DNA of 64,000 nt from the IMG/VR virus record IMGVR_UViG_3300009506_000019, positions 1 to 64,000 of that record. One strand, given 5' to 3'. The DNA is from a virus. The position numbers and the translations under genes are program-made. The notes below the pieces were generated by a model that had not been told where the DNA came from, searched no databases, and saw only the letters and a program-made list of their open reading frames with translations. Positions 8,932 to 18,190 of this stretch are shown here, in pieces. Every line of letters begins with the position of its first letter. Position 1 is the first letter of the stretch.

Positions 8932-9361
8932 CTTCGATGGCTGCGCAGGCGACTGGCTACAGTTCAAGGCGTGGCTCAAAGAGAATCATCTGAAGGGCAA
9001 TGACATGCTGGGCATGGGCATTGACGACACTGGCTTTGTGGCCTTCAACCAGAGCCACATCGTCAAAGAACGTCCGGATTTCCCGTATGTCAGACCAGAG
9101 GTCGTCAGAATCATCCAAGATCCAGATGACGACCCAAGCTGTTATATTCATCTGGTGGATGAGTGCAACGCTAGTCCGATTCAGATGCAGATCTCATGGT
9201 CACGCCATTTCTTCCTCCCCATCGAAGAAGCGGACTACTGCATCTGCGAGGAATGCAAAAAGCTCATCCCGGACGACGACATCAGACGCTTTCGTTTCGA
9301 GGCTGGGAACCGCTACACTCTCCCGAGGATCTGCGATGACTGCGCAGAGAAGGTGAAGTAG
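8915..9361 (+). CDS. hypothetical protein with C-terminal zinc finger
   Basis: CEEC...CDDC. Confidence 0.7.
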   Translation: MTAPDSFDGCAGDWLQFKAWLKENHLKGNDMLGMGIDDTGFVAFNQSHIVKERPDFPYVRPEVVRIIQDPDDDPSCYIHLVDECNASPIQMQISWSRHFFLPIEEADYCICEECKKLIPDDDIRRFRFEAGNRYTLPRICDDCAEKVK

Positions 9362-9367
9362 ATAACG

Positions 9368-9799
9368 ATGACGATTAGCTCGTTCGATGGGGAATACCAA
9401 TTCCTCAGCAACTTCTTTCCAGTAACTGTATTCCTGGATGGCGAGTGCTACCCATCGGTTGAGCACGCATATCAGGCAGCAAAAACCACCAACCCATACG
9501 AACGTCAATTCATCAAAGATATGAAAACACCCGGCAGAGCCAAACGTGCTGGTCGTCACCTCATGCTACGTGAAGATTGGGAGCTGATAAAAATCAGCGT
9601 CATGCACGACTTATTGCGCCAAAAATTCAGCCACGAAACGCTGCGCAAACGACTACTGGCCACAGGAGATGAAAAGCTGGAAGAAGGCAACACCTGGAAG
9701 GATTACTTCTGGGGTGTTTGCAACGGAATCGGACAAAACCAGCTTGGCGTGTTGTTGATGCGCGTGCGAGAGGAAATAAGGCACTGTGAGAAAACCTGA
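9368..9799 (+). CDS. NADAR (YbiA-like) family protein
   Basis: FLSNF, YPSVEHAYQAAK, LREDW, LLATG, LEEGN.W.DYFWG, NQLG.LLM.VRE. Confidence 0.93.
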   Translation: MTISSFDGEYQFLSNFFPVTVFLDGECYPSVEHAYQAAKTTNPYERQFIKDMKTPGRAKRAGRHLMLREDWELIKISVMHDLLRQKFSHETLRKRLLATGDEKLEEGNTWKDYFWGVCNGIGQNQLGVLLMRVREEIRHCEKT

Positions 9800-10091
9800 T
9801 CCACAAGAACTCGCCAAGTGGGAACGCTGGGCGAAAAACCACGGATGGCGCTGTCTTGGCAGGGCAGTTGCATACATCCGGAAATTGGAGGGCAACATGA
9901 AGCTTGCATTCAGTCTCAATGAACTCAAAATCATGCACGACACGGTGTGCACCCACGAAGAGATGGCAGGAGACGATCCTGAGAGCTTTGGTGATCAGGG
10001 TGAGTACACCACTCTGCGTAAGAAGCTGAAAGACGCCATCGATCACATCGAGAAAGAAGCAGTCATACAGGCCGAGGTAGCCGATGGCTGA
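9786..10091 (+). CDS. hypothetical protein
   Basis: operon packing. Confidence 0.6.
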   Translation: MRKPDPQELAKWERWAKNHGWRCLGRAVAYIRKLEGNMKLAFSLNELKIMHDTVCTHEEMAGDDPESFGDQGEYTTLRKKLKDAIDHIEKEAVIQAEVADG

Positions 10092-10386
10092 ACTCACCAA
10101 AATGGAGAGGCTGCGACACTTCGTCAACGCGGCTCACAACTACGCTGCTGTTGAGTACAAATGCACTGTCACCATCCTCCAAGAGTACAAAGAGGATAAC
10201 TATGTGGTGGTCGCAATGTACGACTCAGAATGCGACCCGGAAACAGATGATCCGACGTGCATGGCCACGCTCTCCGTCACCAGCGCAGAAGTCCCGTTCA
10301 ACTGTAACTTCGTATTGAACAGGGATCCAGGACAACACGCCCTCCTCAAACAACCAGCCGATCTATTCCGACTGATGTACGCATAG
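10084..10386 (+). CDS. hypothetical protein
   Basis: GAGG RBS. Confidence 0.7.
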   Translation: MAELTKMERLRHFVNAAHNYAAVEYKCTVTILQEYKEDNYVVVAMYDSECDPETDDPTCMATLSVTSAEVPFNCNFVLNRDPGQHALLKQPADLFRLMYA

Positions 10387-10453
10387 TAAACCAGACAACT
10401 GGTTAAGCTATACATCCTCACCAGGTCATCCTTAACATTGGAGCAAGGGAATA

Positions 10454-10834
10454 ATGCGACACGGAAAAGGCAAGGGCAAGGGCAGAGACCGCAACGACAA
10501 CCAAGAGCGCACTTACCAGCCTCGCGAATGGACGCTGGCGGAAACGCTCGAGAAAGGACGGATCAGAGTAGAAATCACCACTTCTCGCAACCAGAATGGC
10601 ACCAAGATGCACTCCGTGTCGATTCGCAAGAAGATTTTCGACCGTGACGGTGAACCGGTCATCGACTTCGAAGGGAAAGAGAAGACGACCGGATTCTTCC
10701 GTCGCGAAGACATGGCCGACATCGGTGAGCTGGCTATTGAGGCTCAACGGTGGATTGATGCTGACAAGCATGAGGATCAACAGTCCAAGTCGGCTCAAAA
10801 CGGAAGGAAGAACCACGCGCAGCCGCGTGCGTAA
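10454..10834 (+). CDS. putative PC4/SpoVG-like single-stranded nucleic acid binding protein
   Basis: beta-rich core SVSIRKKIFDRDG...TGFFRREDM followed by a C-terminal helix. Confidence 0.45.
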   Translation: MRHGKGKGKGRDRNDNQERTYQPREWTLAETLEKGRIRVEITTSRNQNGTKMHSVSIRKKIFDRDGEPVIDFEGKEKTTGFFRREDMADIGELAIEAQRWIDADKHEDQQSKSAQNGRKNHAQPRA

Positions 10835-10841
10835 CTAAGGC

Positions 10842-10858
10842 TGGCACGGCGTCTGCAT
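10842..10858 (+). promoter_or_regulatory. sigma54-type promoter TGGCACGGCGTCTGCAT
   Basis: TGGCACG -24 element, GG-N10-GC. Confidence 0.82.
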
Positions 10859-10924
10859 TCTTTGGGGGTGTGTGGGCGTCGTGCCCGTTAATTCGTAACC
10901 CAATCTCACGAGGAGATGACAACC

Positions 10925-11464
10925 ATGGCAAAGATCAAGATCAGTGCGCTGGCAGACAGGCTCAGCATGGACCCGAAGGCCGTCATCGCCAAGCTGGCAG
11001 AAGCTGGCATCCAGGCGAAACGACGCGACAGCTCAGTCGATGAGACCGCCGCTCTCGCGGCTCTCGGAACGGCACCCGCTTCAGCTCCGGCCGAGCAGGG
11101 AGCGGAGGTGGTGAGCCTGGACCAGGCACGCGAAAAGAAGGCATCGAAACCGAAGAAGGAAAAGACGCCGAAAAAGCCGAAGTCCGACAGCGACGATTGG
11201 TACAAGAAGTACCCGTGGGTCGTGAAGGGCAGCGTGCGCGAGCCGACCTCAGCCGACCGCAAGGCTCTGGGCTCGCGATGTCACGGCAAGGTGTGCACCG
11301 TCCGATGCGTGGACAGCGGAGTGGAGCGCGTGGTCAACACGCAGGACGCTTTTCAGTCCAAACGCTGCCCGGACGCGCAAAAGGCGTACATGCGTCGCCG
11401 ACGTGCCGAGCGCCGTCAGGCCCGCAAGGATGCCAAGGCAGCCAAGAAAGCCAATCACAGCTAG
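10925..11464 (+). CDS. IF2-N-like domain fused to a novel basic domain (paralog of 21581-21937)
   Basis: KIKISALADRLSMDPKAVIAKLAEAGIQAK..SSVDE resembles the IF2 N-terminal motif; C-terminal domain shared with the 21581 ORF. Confidence 0.65.
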   Translation: MAKIKISALADRLSMDPKAVIAKLAEAGIQAKRRDSSVDETAALAALGTAPASAPAEQGAEVVSLDQAREKKASKPKKEKTPKKPKSDSDDWYKKYPWVVKGSVREPTSADRKALGSRCHGKVCTVRCVDSGVERVVNTQDAFQSKRCPDAQKAYMRRRRAERRQARKDAKAAKKANHS

Positions 11465-11487
11465 CAGCCAGAGCTAGCAAACCAGAG

Positions 11488-11542
11488 GACAGCTCGCCTC
11501 CAACCCTACCCGCTCTCCGGGGTTGGAGGCGACTGTCTTTCT
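11488..11542 (+). terminator. intrinsic terminator-like hairpin
   Basis: GACAG(C)TCGCCTCCAACCC / GGGTTGGAGGCGACTGTC followed by TTTCT. Confidence 0.75.
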
Positions 11543-11628
11543 GATGGAGGTAAGAGATGCTGGTGCTTGCCACACATAGTACGATGCCAAGCCTCAACAT
11601 CTGTTGGTCTTCATCACAGGAGGAACCG

Positions 11629-11916
11629 ATGATCCACGAACGACTCACGTGCGAACAAACAATCAAGACTGAAATCACCTTGGAATTGAATCATGTAGCC
11701 TTGAGACAACTGTTGGTGGAAGCTGGATATAAGCTGCCCGAGGATGTAAAGTTCAAGGTATACCGACCAGGCATCAGCGACGATCCAGGCTGCGATGTTG
11801 ACATTGACTTCGATACCATGGTCAATGTCGTCTGGACGGACACAAAGACCAGGTGTGAAGACTTCGATTCGCAGCCGGAGATCAAAGAACAAATCGAATT
11901 GGCCGGATGGAAATGA
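11629..11916 (+). CDS. hypothetical protein
   Basis: AGGAGG RBS. Confidence 0.7.
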   Translation: MIHERLTCEQTIKTEITLELNHVALRQLLVEAGYKLPEDVKFKVYRPGISDDPGCDVDIDFDTMVNVVWTDTKTRCEDFDSQPEIKEQIELAGWK

Positions 11917-12176
11917 GGCTCAGCGAGAAACAATACGCCAAGGTCCTGGCTGTAAATAAGGACCACTGCCGGTGGATAATCTCCACCGTCACACGCATAT
12001 TCGGCACGATCCGTGAATGGATCGGCATAGCGTATCCGCCCGACGATGTGGAGCTGGTAGCTACCGTGAGAATCTACCGATCAAAAGACAACAGCTATTT
12101 CATCAAACTCGGCAACCACGCATCCTACACAGCGGGCTATTGGTTTGAACAAACTCACAAGGGAGAGCAATCATGA
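11913..12176 (+). CDS. hypothetical protein
   Basis: ATGA coupling. Confidence 0.6.
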   Translation: MRLSEKQYAKVLAVNKDHCRWIISTVTRIFGTIREWIGIAYPPDDVELVATVRIYRSKDNSYFIKLGNHASYTAGYWFEQTHKGEQS

Positions 12177-12718
12177 CAAACTTCAATCGAGAAAGGATCA
12201 GGCAAGACCTGACCTTCAATCCGGACATGAGCCTGCATCAGGCTTTCATGGATCTGGCGTATGACGGATGGAACCAAGGTGGGGCAGAGCACTGGTCCTA
12301 TCAGGACATGCTGAACAACGCACGCTACGTCTACGGAGAGATCGTAGAAATGGCCGTCATGTTGGGCAACTACAACTACCAAGTCGAAAATGGCGGTCAC
12401 ATGCAGTATTTCGACAACGGCTACGCCAGCGAGGGCAAAGACCCGTACGCCGACAAGGACTGCATGATGGTCAGCCGCCTCATCACCCTCATGGACAAGC
12501 ACGGCATCGCCAAGACCGAGCTGGGCAAAAAGGTACGCGAGCTGCTCTGCGAATTCCAAGTCCGTACATCCTGCTGTGACGACCCGATGGATGAGGAATA
12601 CGGAGCCGACTACGACGACCTGGACAGCCAGTATTATAACCTCAACAAGCAATGGATGGCAGAACTCGAATCCTTCCTCAAGGGCTGGATGGAAAAGAAC
12701 GAGAACCCACTGTCATGA
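12173..12718 (+). CDS. DMP19/DUF4375-like acidic protein (putative DNA mimic)
   Basis: QVENGGHMQYFDN motif, acidic C-terminus with DLDSQYY. Confidence 0.65.
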   Translation: MTNFNRERIRQDLTFNPDMSLHQAFMDLAYDGWNQGGAEHWSYQDMLNNARYVYGEIVEMAVMLGNYNYQVENGGHMQYFDNGYASEGKDPYADKDCMMVSRLITLMDKHGIAKTELGKKVRELLCEFQVRTSCCDDPMDEEYGADYDDLDSQYYNLNKQWMAELESFLKGWMEKNENPLS

Positions 12719-12966
12719 AAGTAACCAGACGCAGAGTGGGTGGAACGATGGACTTCCACCCCAAGACTCCAGAGGAGCGAATTGCTGCATTCCGGCAAAT
12801 CGTGGACGACAAGGCGTACGCCAAGATCGATGGCTGCATGATCGATCTGTTTAGCGCCAACTACGTAGTGCAGGTGTACGACGCTCTGAACGAGACCAAC
12901 AAGCAGAAATTCGCGAGCCGCATGGCACCGCTCATGGCCAACATCGCATTCAAGCTGGTGAAGTGA
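12715..12966 (+). CDS. conserved phage hypothetical protein
   Basis: IDLFSA..VVQVYDALNE.NK.KF motif. Confidence 0.7.
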   Translation: MKVTRRRVGGTMDFHPKTPEERIAAFRQIVDDKAYAKIDGCMIDLFSANYVVQVYDALNETNKQKFASRMAPLMANIAFKLVK

Positions 12967-12967
12967 C

Positions 12968-13192
12968 ATGGGGGAACTCAGCAAACAACAAATACTGAAC
13001 CTGGCCAAGAATGCGGCCAAGTACGAGTTTGGCAGCCACGGTCTATTCGGCATCAATGGACCCACCGAGTTCTTCTTCGAATTGGAGAAGATAGACAACA
13101 TCGAAGACTTGCGTGCATTTGTAGAGGTCTTTGCAGCAGAGATGCGAGCCAGACTCTACAAGATGTGGAAGGAGCAGTGGACCAATGTGTAA
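12968..13192 (+). CDS. hypothetical protein
   Basis: operon packing. Confidence 0.6.
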   Translation: MGELSKQQILNLAKNAAKYEFGSHGLFGINGPTEFFFELEKIDNIEDLRAFVEVFAAEMRARLYKMWKEQWTNV

Positions 13193-13520
13193 CGGAGAGC
13201 GCTGTAAGACCAAGGAGGAGAGACTAGCCGTCATTCGTGAACTGGCTGGTTGCCTCAACCTGGATGGCTTCACCATCGATCGTGACAAGCTCATGGATGT
13301 GTGGGCTGCCATTCACTTTCATCCTGTCATCTGCGCAAGGATTCTGTTCCCTGACCGACCCAAGCGGTACGTATCTGTCACCCAGGACCTTGGCAACTAC
13401 GCATGCAACAAATCGTGTGCAATGGGACTCAGGCTCGAGGGTAAAATCAACAACGCTTTCGCCTATGAGCACGCATGCGAAATGATCTACAAAGATCTTC
13501 CTGCTTGGGCGAGGTGGTAA
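13185..13520 (+). CDS. hypothetical protein
   Basis: AAGGAG RBS; ends CEMIYKDLPAWARW. Confidence 0.7.
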   Translation: MCNGERCKTKEERLAVIRELAGCLNLDGFTIDRDKLMDVWAAIHFHPVICARILFPDRPKRYVSVTQDLGNYACNKSCAMGLRLEGKINNAFAYEHACEMIYKDLPAWARW

Positions 13521-13521
13521 C

Positions 13522-13854
13522 GTGAAAACAGTGCTATTCGTAGACGATGAAGTTCCAATCCTGTATGCCATCAAACGCAACATGAAGGTCCATAGGGATC
13601 AAATCCGATGCCTGTTCACTTGTGACGTGGACACTGCCATCTATCTTGTTGATCAAGTTGACATGGTAGTAACCGACTGGACAATGCCGGGTGGCAGTGG
13701 ACGAGACGTAGTGGATAAGTGCAAACAGATGAACGTGCCAGTCATCGTGAGTAGTGGCGATGACCTCACCATCGATGTGCCGCACATAAAAAAGCCATGC
13801 ATAGCGCAGATTCCAGACGCTGTGGCACGTGCTCTGCATCTCTTGGATCTATAG
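13522..13854 (+). CDS. stand-alone response regulator receiver (CheY-like)
   Basis: LFVDDE, VVTDWTMPGGSG (phospho-acceptor Asp), VIVSSG, KKP. Confidence 0.9.
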   Translation: MKTVLFVDDEVPILYAIKRNMKVHRDQIRCLFTCDVDTAIYLVDQVDMVVTDWTMPGGSGRDVVDKCKQMNVPVIVSSGDDLTIDVPHIKKPCIAQIPDAVARALHLLDL

Positions 13855-13864
13855 GAGGAGTACC

Positions 13865-14362
13865 ATGGCGCACAACAAGAAGTGGGACAACGACAGCAAG
13901 CTGTCCGACTGGTTTGAGAAGCAACTAAACGAGCTGGACGAATGGGGCGGAGAAGGCTCATCCATCGACGCTATCGGCAACTGTGTGAGCGACGACCACA
14001 TGTTCTCGTACTGTTACGAGGGCCTGGGTAAGGAAATAGACACCAACGACTACATCAACGCGGCTATCGATTTTGGCATGGATGTGAAAGACAACAAAAT
14101 CTTTCACTTCTACTTCCGAAGCGTCAACTTCTACTTCCTGGCTCGTAACAAGACCGAATTCAAGCACATGATCCTTGCGGCCATCAAAGAGTGGAAGGAC
14201 GGCTGCGAGCCCATCGAGAGGGAAGAGCCACAGCCGCCACGTGATGAGGTGATGGAGTCTCTCCTCAAAGACATCTACTCACACGTGAGAGATCCGAAGG
14301 GACGAAACGACATCGAAACCAATTGGTGCGAACGTATTGAGGCACTTGGACTAGGCAAATGA
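13865..14362 (+). CDS. hypothetical acidic protein
   Basis: AGGAGG RBS. Confidence 0.7.
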   Translation: MAHNKKWDNDSKLSDWFEKQLNELDEWGGEGSSIDAIGNCVSDDHMFSYCYEGLGKEIDTNDYINAAIDFGMDVKDNKIFHFYFRSVNFYFLARNKTEFKHMILAAIKEWKDGCEPIEREEPQPPRDEVMESLLKDIYSHVRDPKGRNDIETNWCERIEALGLGK

Positions 14363-15243
14363 GGTACTGGCTCAGCATAGACTTCGACTACTTCGTGCGT
14401 GAAGAGTCGATTTGGGATTGGGGACACCGCGAGGCTCCTCTCTTCCGCGATTTCCTGTGGCAGCCACGAGTCCAAGGCTTCCTCCACAATGGAGTCGATC
14501 TACGCAAGGAGATGGACCCACAAGCATTCGCCAAACCCACACCAGACCAGTTTTGGAAGGCACTGGAAGAACGCGGACTCAACATCTCCAGAGCCACAAG
14601 GCTAATCGTGGCAGACTCCCACACATGGGGTGCCGTGGTCTTTGGAGCCTGGTGGCCAGGCAAGGTGCCAAAAAACCATCGTACACTCCTTAGCTTCGAT
14701 GCTCATCATGACTTGGGCTACTCACAACACAATGCCAGAGATACAGTTGAGAGCCAAAACATAGACTGTGCGTCATGGTTGTTGTGGGTTATGCATCAGT
14801 GGAAACACCTGCAAGCTCGAATCATCTATCCACCGTGGCGTGGACTGGAGGAATGGAAGTATTCGGAGCCGTCATTCAAAGGCTTCTTCTACGGTGACGT
14901 GCGTAAAAGGGTAAACGCCAGCGTATGGGATGACGATATTCCGTCCGGTGAAGTTGACCAGATCTACATTTGCCGATCAGGATCTTGGGTCCCACCCTGG
15001 CTCGACAACCAATTCATCAAGTTCGTGCGGGAGTTGGAGAGTAAGACACTCGCAGATGTCGAAGTCCCATTCATCGATGATGAACATTGCAACCCGATGG
15101 AGCCGCGAGACTTCGATTATGACGCCTTGTGTGAGCAAGCGGAAAGAACGCAAGAGGTCATGCAATCCTTTGCTGATCCAGACTCCGCAATCCGCAAGGA
15201 ATACAGAAAGTTGATGAAAATCAAGAACCAGGAGGAGATGTAA
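14359..15243 (+). CDS. UPF0489/arginase-deacetylase-fold-like metal-dependent hydrolase
   Basis: LSIDFDYF, DSH, FDAHHD, ICRSGSWVPPWLD. Confidence 0.65.
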   Translation: MRYWLSIDFDYFVREESIWDWGHREAPLFRDFLWQPRVQGFLHNGVDLRKEMDPQAFAKPTPDQFWKALEERGLNISRATRLIVADSHTWGAVVFGAWWPGKVPKNHRTLLSFDAHHDLGYSQHNARDTVESQNIDCASWLLWVMHQWKHLQARIIYPPWRGLEEWKYSEPSFKGFFYGDVRKRVNASVWDDDIPSGEVDQIYICRSGSWVPPWLDNQFIKFVRELESKTLADVEVPFIDDEHCNPMEPRDFDYDALCEQAERTQEVMQSFADPDSAIRKEYRKLMKIKNQEEM

Positions 15244-15644
15244 TGCCGCGTTGTCCAGACTGCAATCTCTTTGTCAGTCTCGAGGAGGCAGAGCCAGAGG
15301 TAGAGTCGCTCGAGATCGATGACAACCAAATCACAGCTCAGGTTCGCATTACCAACAACTGCGAACAATGCGGAACCGAGCTGACCGAGGCCACCCTCGA
15401 GATGGAAGAAATTCTCGACGAAGAGATCCTCTCCAAGCACGAGGGCGACAAACACGAAATCACAATCGAAGAAGAAAGCTCCGAGCGCGACCAGCGAACG
15501 GAGGGAAAGGGCCGTGGCCTACGCACTTTCTATGGTGCGAGACTTGCATATAAGGTCATGTGCTCATGCAATGACGAAAAGCCAGTTCATGAAGGCGAGC
15601 TGTATGACGACATACAGGCGTCTGGCATGGACGAGTGTTTTTAA
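15243..15644 (+). CDS. very acidic Cys-containing protein
   Basis: CPDC, CEQC, CSC; Glu-rich. Confidence 0.7.
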   Translation: MPRCPDCNLFVSLEEAEPEVESLEIDDNQITAQVRITNNCEQCGTELTEATLEMEEILDEEILSKHEGDKHEITIEEESSERDQRTEGKGRGLRTFYGARLAYKVMCSCNDEKPVHEGELYDDIQASGMDECF

Positions 15645-15662
15645 TCTCACAAGGAGGCAACC

Positions 15663-16187
15663 ATGGCAACTTGGTGTAGTGGGGTGCGAGCAGCACAACA
15701 CTTGATGGAGGGAGTAGAAGAATGCCTGCAAGGCTACGGCTACTACTTCCATGTCACGCTCTATCCATTCCGATCCAACGGTGGACGGAGCAACGGGGTA
15801 TCGGCTATTTTCGAGTACGACTACCCGAAGCAGGACAAGGAACGAAAGTTGGTTTGCATTACACTCTTCGAACACTGGAACACGGACAATCTCTGTGTGA
15901 AGGTTGATAGGTGGGTGCCGACTAACGTGCCCACAACCGAAGGGCACGACGAGCCGAATGCCGAGTTCCGCTACGACAGCATGCAGACACAGACTGTGGC
16001 ATACGCCATCCAGAGCTTTTTGCTACAGTATTTCGACCTTCCGTATCCGAAAGAATGGGATGTACCCAAGGGATTTCGAGGAACCGGCACCTTCGAAGAC
16101 GAGGGGCGCATGGATGTGGCAGACGATATCATGATGCCGACCATCGTAGACTGGTGCGATCCACCAGAGGAGAGGGAAAATGGCTGA
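15663..16187 (+). CDS. hypothetical protein
   Basis: CTCACAAGGAGGCAACC-ATG. Confidence 0.75.
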   Translation: MATWCSGVRAAQHLMEGVEECLQGYGYYFHVTLYPFRSNGGRSNGVSAIFEYDYPKQDKERKLVCITLFEHWNTDNLCVKVDRWVPTNVPTTEGHDEPNAEFRYDSMQTQTVAYAIQSFLLQYFDLPYPKEWDVPKGFRGTGTFEDEGRMDVADDIMMPTIVDWCDPPEERENG

Positions 16188-16464
16188 ATTCATCAACGAC
16201 ACCAAGATGTGGCATCAGATGATGATGGACATGCCGTTCAAAGCACCTGGTGGTAGAACCGCCGAAGAAGCAGCTACCAAACCCGGCAACTGTGTGAAAT
16301 CCAACGAGCGCGATCCATCCAGCGGTGGCTTTCCCAAGTACCACGGTCGTCTGCTCAGCTATGGTGATGAGTGCGTGGTCCTGGGCCACAACAGCCCCGT
16401 CAGCGAGCCTTTTATTTGGAAGGGCACCAATCAGGAATACCACCAGACTTGGGTGGTTGACTAG
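16180..16464 (+). CDS. hypothetical protein
   Basis: GAGG RBS. Confidence 0.7.
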   Translation: MAEFINDTKMWHQMMMDMPFKAPGGRTAEEAATKPGNCVKSNERDPSSGGFPKYHGRLLSYGDECVVLGHNSPVSEPFIWKGTNQEYHQTWVVD

Positions 16465-16469
16465 ATCTA

Positions 16470-16486
16470 TGGCACGTGTCCTGCAT
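16470..16486 (+). promoter_or_regulatory. sigma54-type promoter TGGCACGTGTCCTGCAT
   Basis: near-consensus; predicted +1 just before the AGGAGG RBS. Confidence 0.85.
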
Positions 16487-16512
16487 TCTTTTGGTGTATA
16501 GGAGGACTGTAC

Positions 16513-16956
16513 ATGCCCAAAACAAATCGAAAAGCCCTAATATGGGAAGACTTCAATAAGGAATTCTGGACTGGTTACAACGGTGACGATGGCGACGGAC
16601 CAGTCCACATTCTCTGGTTCGCAAGGAAAGGAACCTTCGAATTGGAGAACAACATCGTGGTGGAAATCGAGCTGATGACACGTGGGTACGCCGATCATTA
16701 CGTCGGCTACATGGTAAGGCTCATCCACAAGACCAAGGGCAAGCTGACCGAGCACTTCTTCAGGTTTGATGATTACCTGGAGGAAAGGGAAGACAACAGA
16801 GACGATTATCCTCTTGGCGATAACACGTGCTTTTACGTGGATAGCAGAGCCAAGTGGTACATCGCCATCCCAACCTTCGATGATATCGCCGATTTTCAAT
16901 CCAGGGTGATGACTTTCATCGGAGAATACGGGGAAGCTAAAAGCCGCGTGGCATAG
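16513..16956 (+). CDS. hypothetical protein
   Basis: AGGAGG RBS. Confidence 0.75.
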   Translation: MPKTNRKALIWEDFNKEFWTGYNGDDGDGPVHILWFARKGTFELENNIVVEIELMTRGYADHYVGYMVRLIHKTKGKLTEHFFRFDDYLEEREDNRDDYPLGDNTCFYVDSRAKWYIAIPTFDDIADFQSRVMTFIGEYGEAKSRVA

Positions 16957-16965
16957 CGCGTGCAT
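16949..16965 (+). promoter_or_regulatory. sigma54-type promoter TGGCATAGCGCGTGCAT
   Basis: GG-N10-GC overlapping the upstream stop codon. Confidence 0.75.
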
Positions 16966-16993
16966 TCTATTATCTCACAGGAGGAGAGCAATC

Positions 16994-17578
16994 ATGGCGA
17001 AGAAGAACACACTCACCAAGGCCAACGGGAAGACCAAGAACGAGGTCGAGAAATTCCCTGTCACTGGTTTCGAAAAGACCGTCCCACAGCTGCGGAAAAT
17101 CGACTCCGACATCGCTGAGCTTCTGAAGCAACGCGACGAGCTGAGGGAGAAGATCCTCGACAACGTGCGGAAAAGCCGCAAGCATTGGGAAAAGAAAGGT
17201 AAGTTCTACAAGACGTTTGTGATCCAGAGCGCCGATGGCGTGGACGCGATTGTTCTGTTCAAGAACGCCTTCTCCAAGGTCGATGCAGAGCAAGAACCGG
17301 AAATGCGGGAGAAGCTCACCGACGCCATCTTCGACCAGCTGTACGAAGTCGTGACGGTGCAGGCGCTCAAAAGCAAGCCCGATTGGGCAGAGCTGAAGAA
17401 GCTCCTGGGCAAACGCGCCGATGAATTCATCAAAGAGAGCAAGCACATCTCTCATCGCAGCGAATTCATGGAGACCCGTGCTGATCTCCGCAACCAGGTG
17501 TCCACCGAGATCAACAAGGTCCTGGACGAGTACACCGAATCCGTGCAAGCGACACCAGATCTCAGGCTCAAGGGATGA
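16994..17578 (+). CDS. hypothetical protein with N-terminal coiled coil
   Basis: strong leader, strong codon bias. Confidence 0.8.
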   Translation: MAKKNTLTKANGKTKNEVEKFPVTGFEKTVPQLRKIDSDIAELLKQRDELREKILDNVRKSRKHWEKKGKFYKTFVIQSADGVDAIVLFKNAFSKVDAEQEPEMREKLTDAIFDQLYEVVTVQALKSKPDWAELKKLLGKRADEFIKESKHISHRSEFMETRADLRNQVSTEINKVLDEYTESVQATPDLRLKG

Positions 17579-17850
17579 GTGAACCAACCTTCATGCAACA
17601 GCGCATTCACATGCGCCATACCTTCAAGGATGTGATGGAAAGCCTACAGATCCTTGATAGGCATAGCAAAGGTCTGGTTTCGTTGGACCCGGATGAGGTT
17701 GAGCATCATGCTCTCACCGTGGATTTTGCCATGGAGGAAATCAACGAAATCATAGAAGTACAAATGCGCACATTAGTGCCAGATTCACCGGAGCAAAACG
17801 ATGAGAGTGGCGAGATCCACCCTGGAACAGAAGATCCAAAAGCTCACTGA
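17575..17850 (+). CDS. hypothetical protein
   Basis: ATGA coupling. Confidence 0.6.
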   Translation: MSEPTFMQQRIHMRHTFKDVMESLQILDRHSKGLVSLDPDEVEHHALTVDFAMEEINEIIEVQMRTLVPDSPEQNDESGEIHPGTEDPKAH

Positions 17851-18190
17851 AGCAACGGGCAAGGACTTCTTCTTCGATTGGGGAAGCGGCAGATGTCCAC
17901 GCCTTTGTATGGCAGTGAATGGCGACCGCATGTGTTCCCGCTACATCACACCACGCCTAACTGGCGGGAAAATGTTACAGTGGCTGGAATCCTTCGAGGC
18001 AGGACTAGCACACAGTGGCGCAAACAAAATGCGTGACGCTCTCAACAGTGCACCTCCACCACCATCCATCACGGACCAGTCACCACGCACAGCAGAGCTA
18101 TTGCTGCAGTGGATGGCTGAATACAGGGATTGGTACGACAAGCGAGGTGAAGCGCTGTCTTTCCGGTCTCACAATGAGGTCACTCTTTAG
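17801..18190 (+). CDS. hypothetical protein
   Basis: GGAG RBS. Confidence 0.65.
   Translation: MRVARSTLEQKIQKLTEATGKDFFFDWGSGRCPRLCMAVNGDRMCSRYITPRLTGGKMLQWLESFEAGLAHSGANKMRDALNSAPPPPSITDQSPRTAELLLQWMAEYRDWYDKRGEALSFRSHNEVTL

Noticed and set aside
1099-17587. long minus-strand ORFs (e.g. 1099-1728, 3537-4340, 4366-5247, 16970-17587)
   Set aside because: antisense shadows of well-packed + strand genes with biased codons
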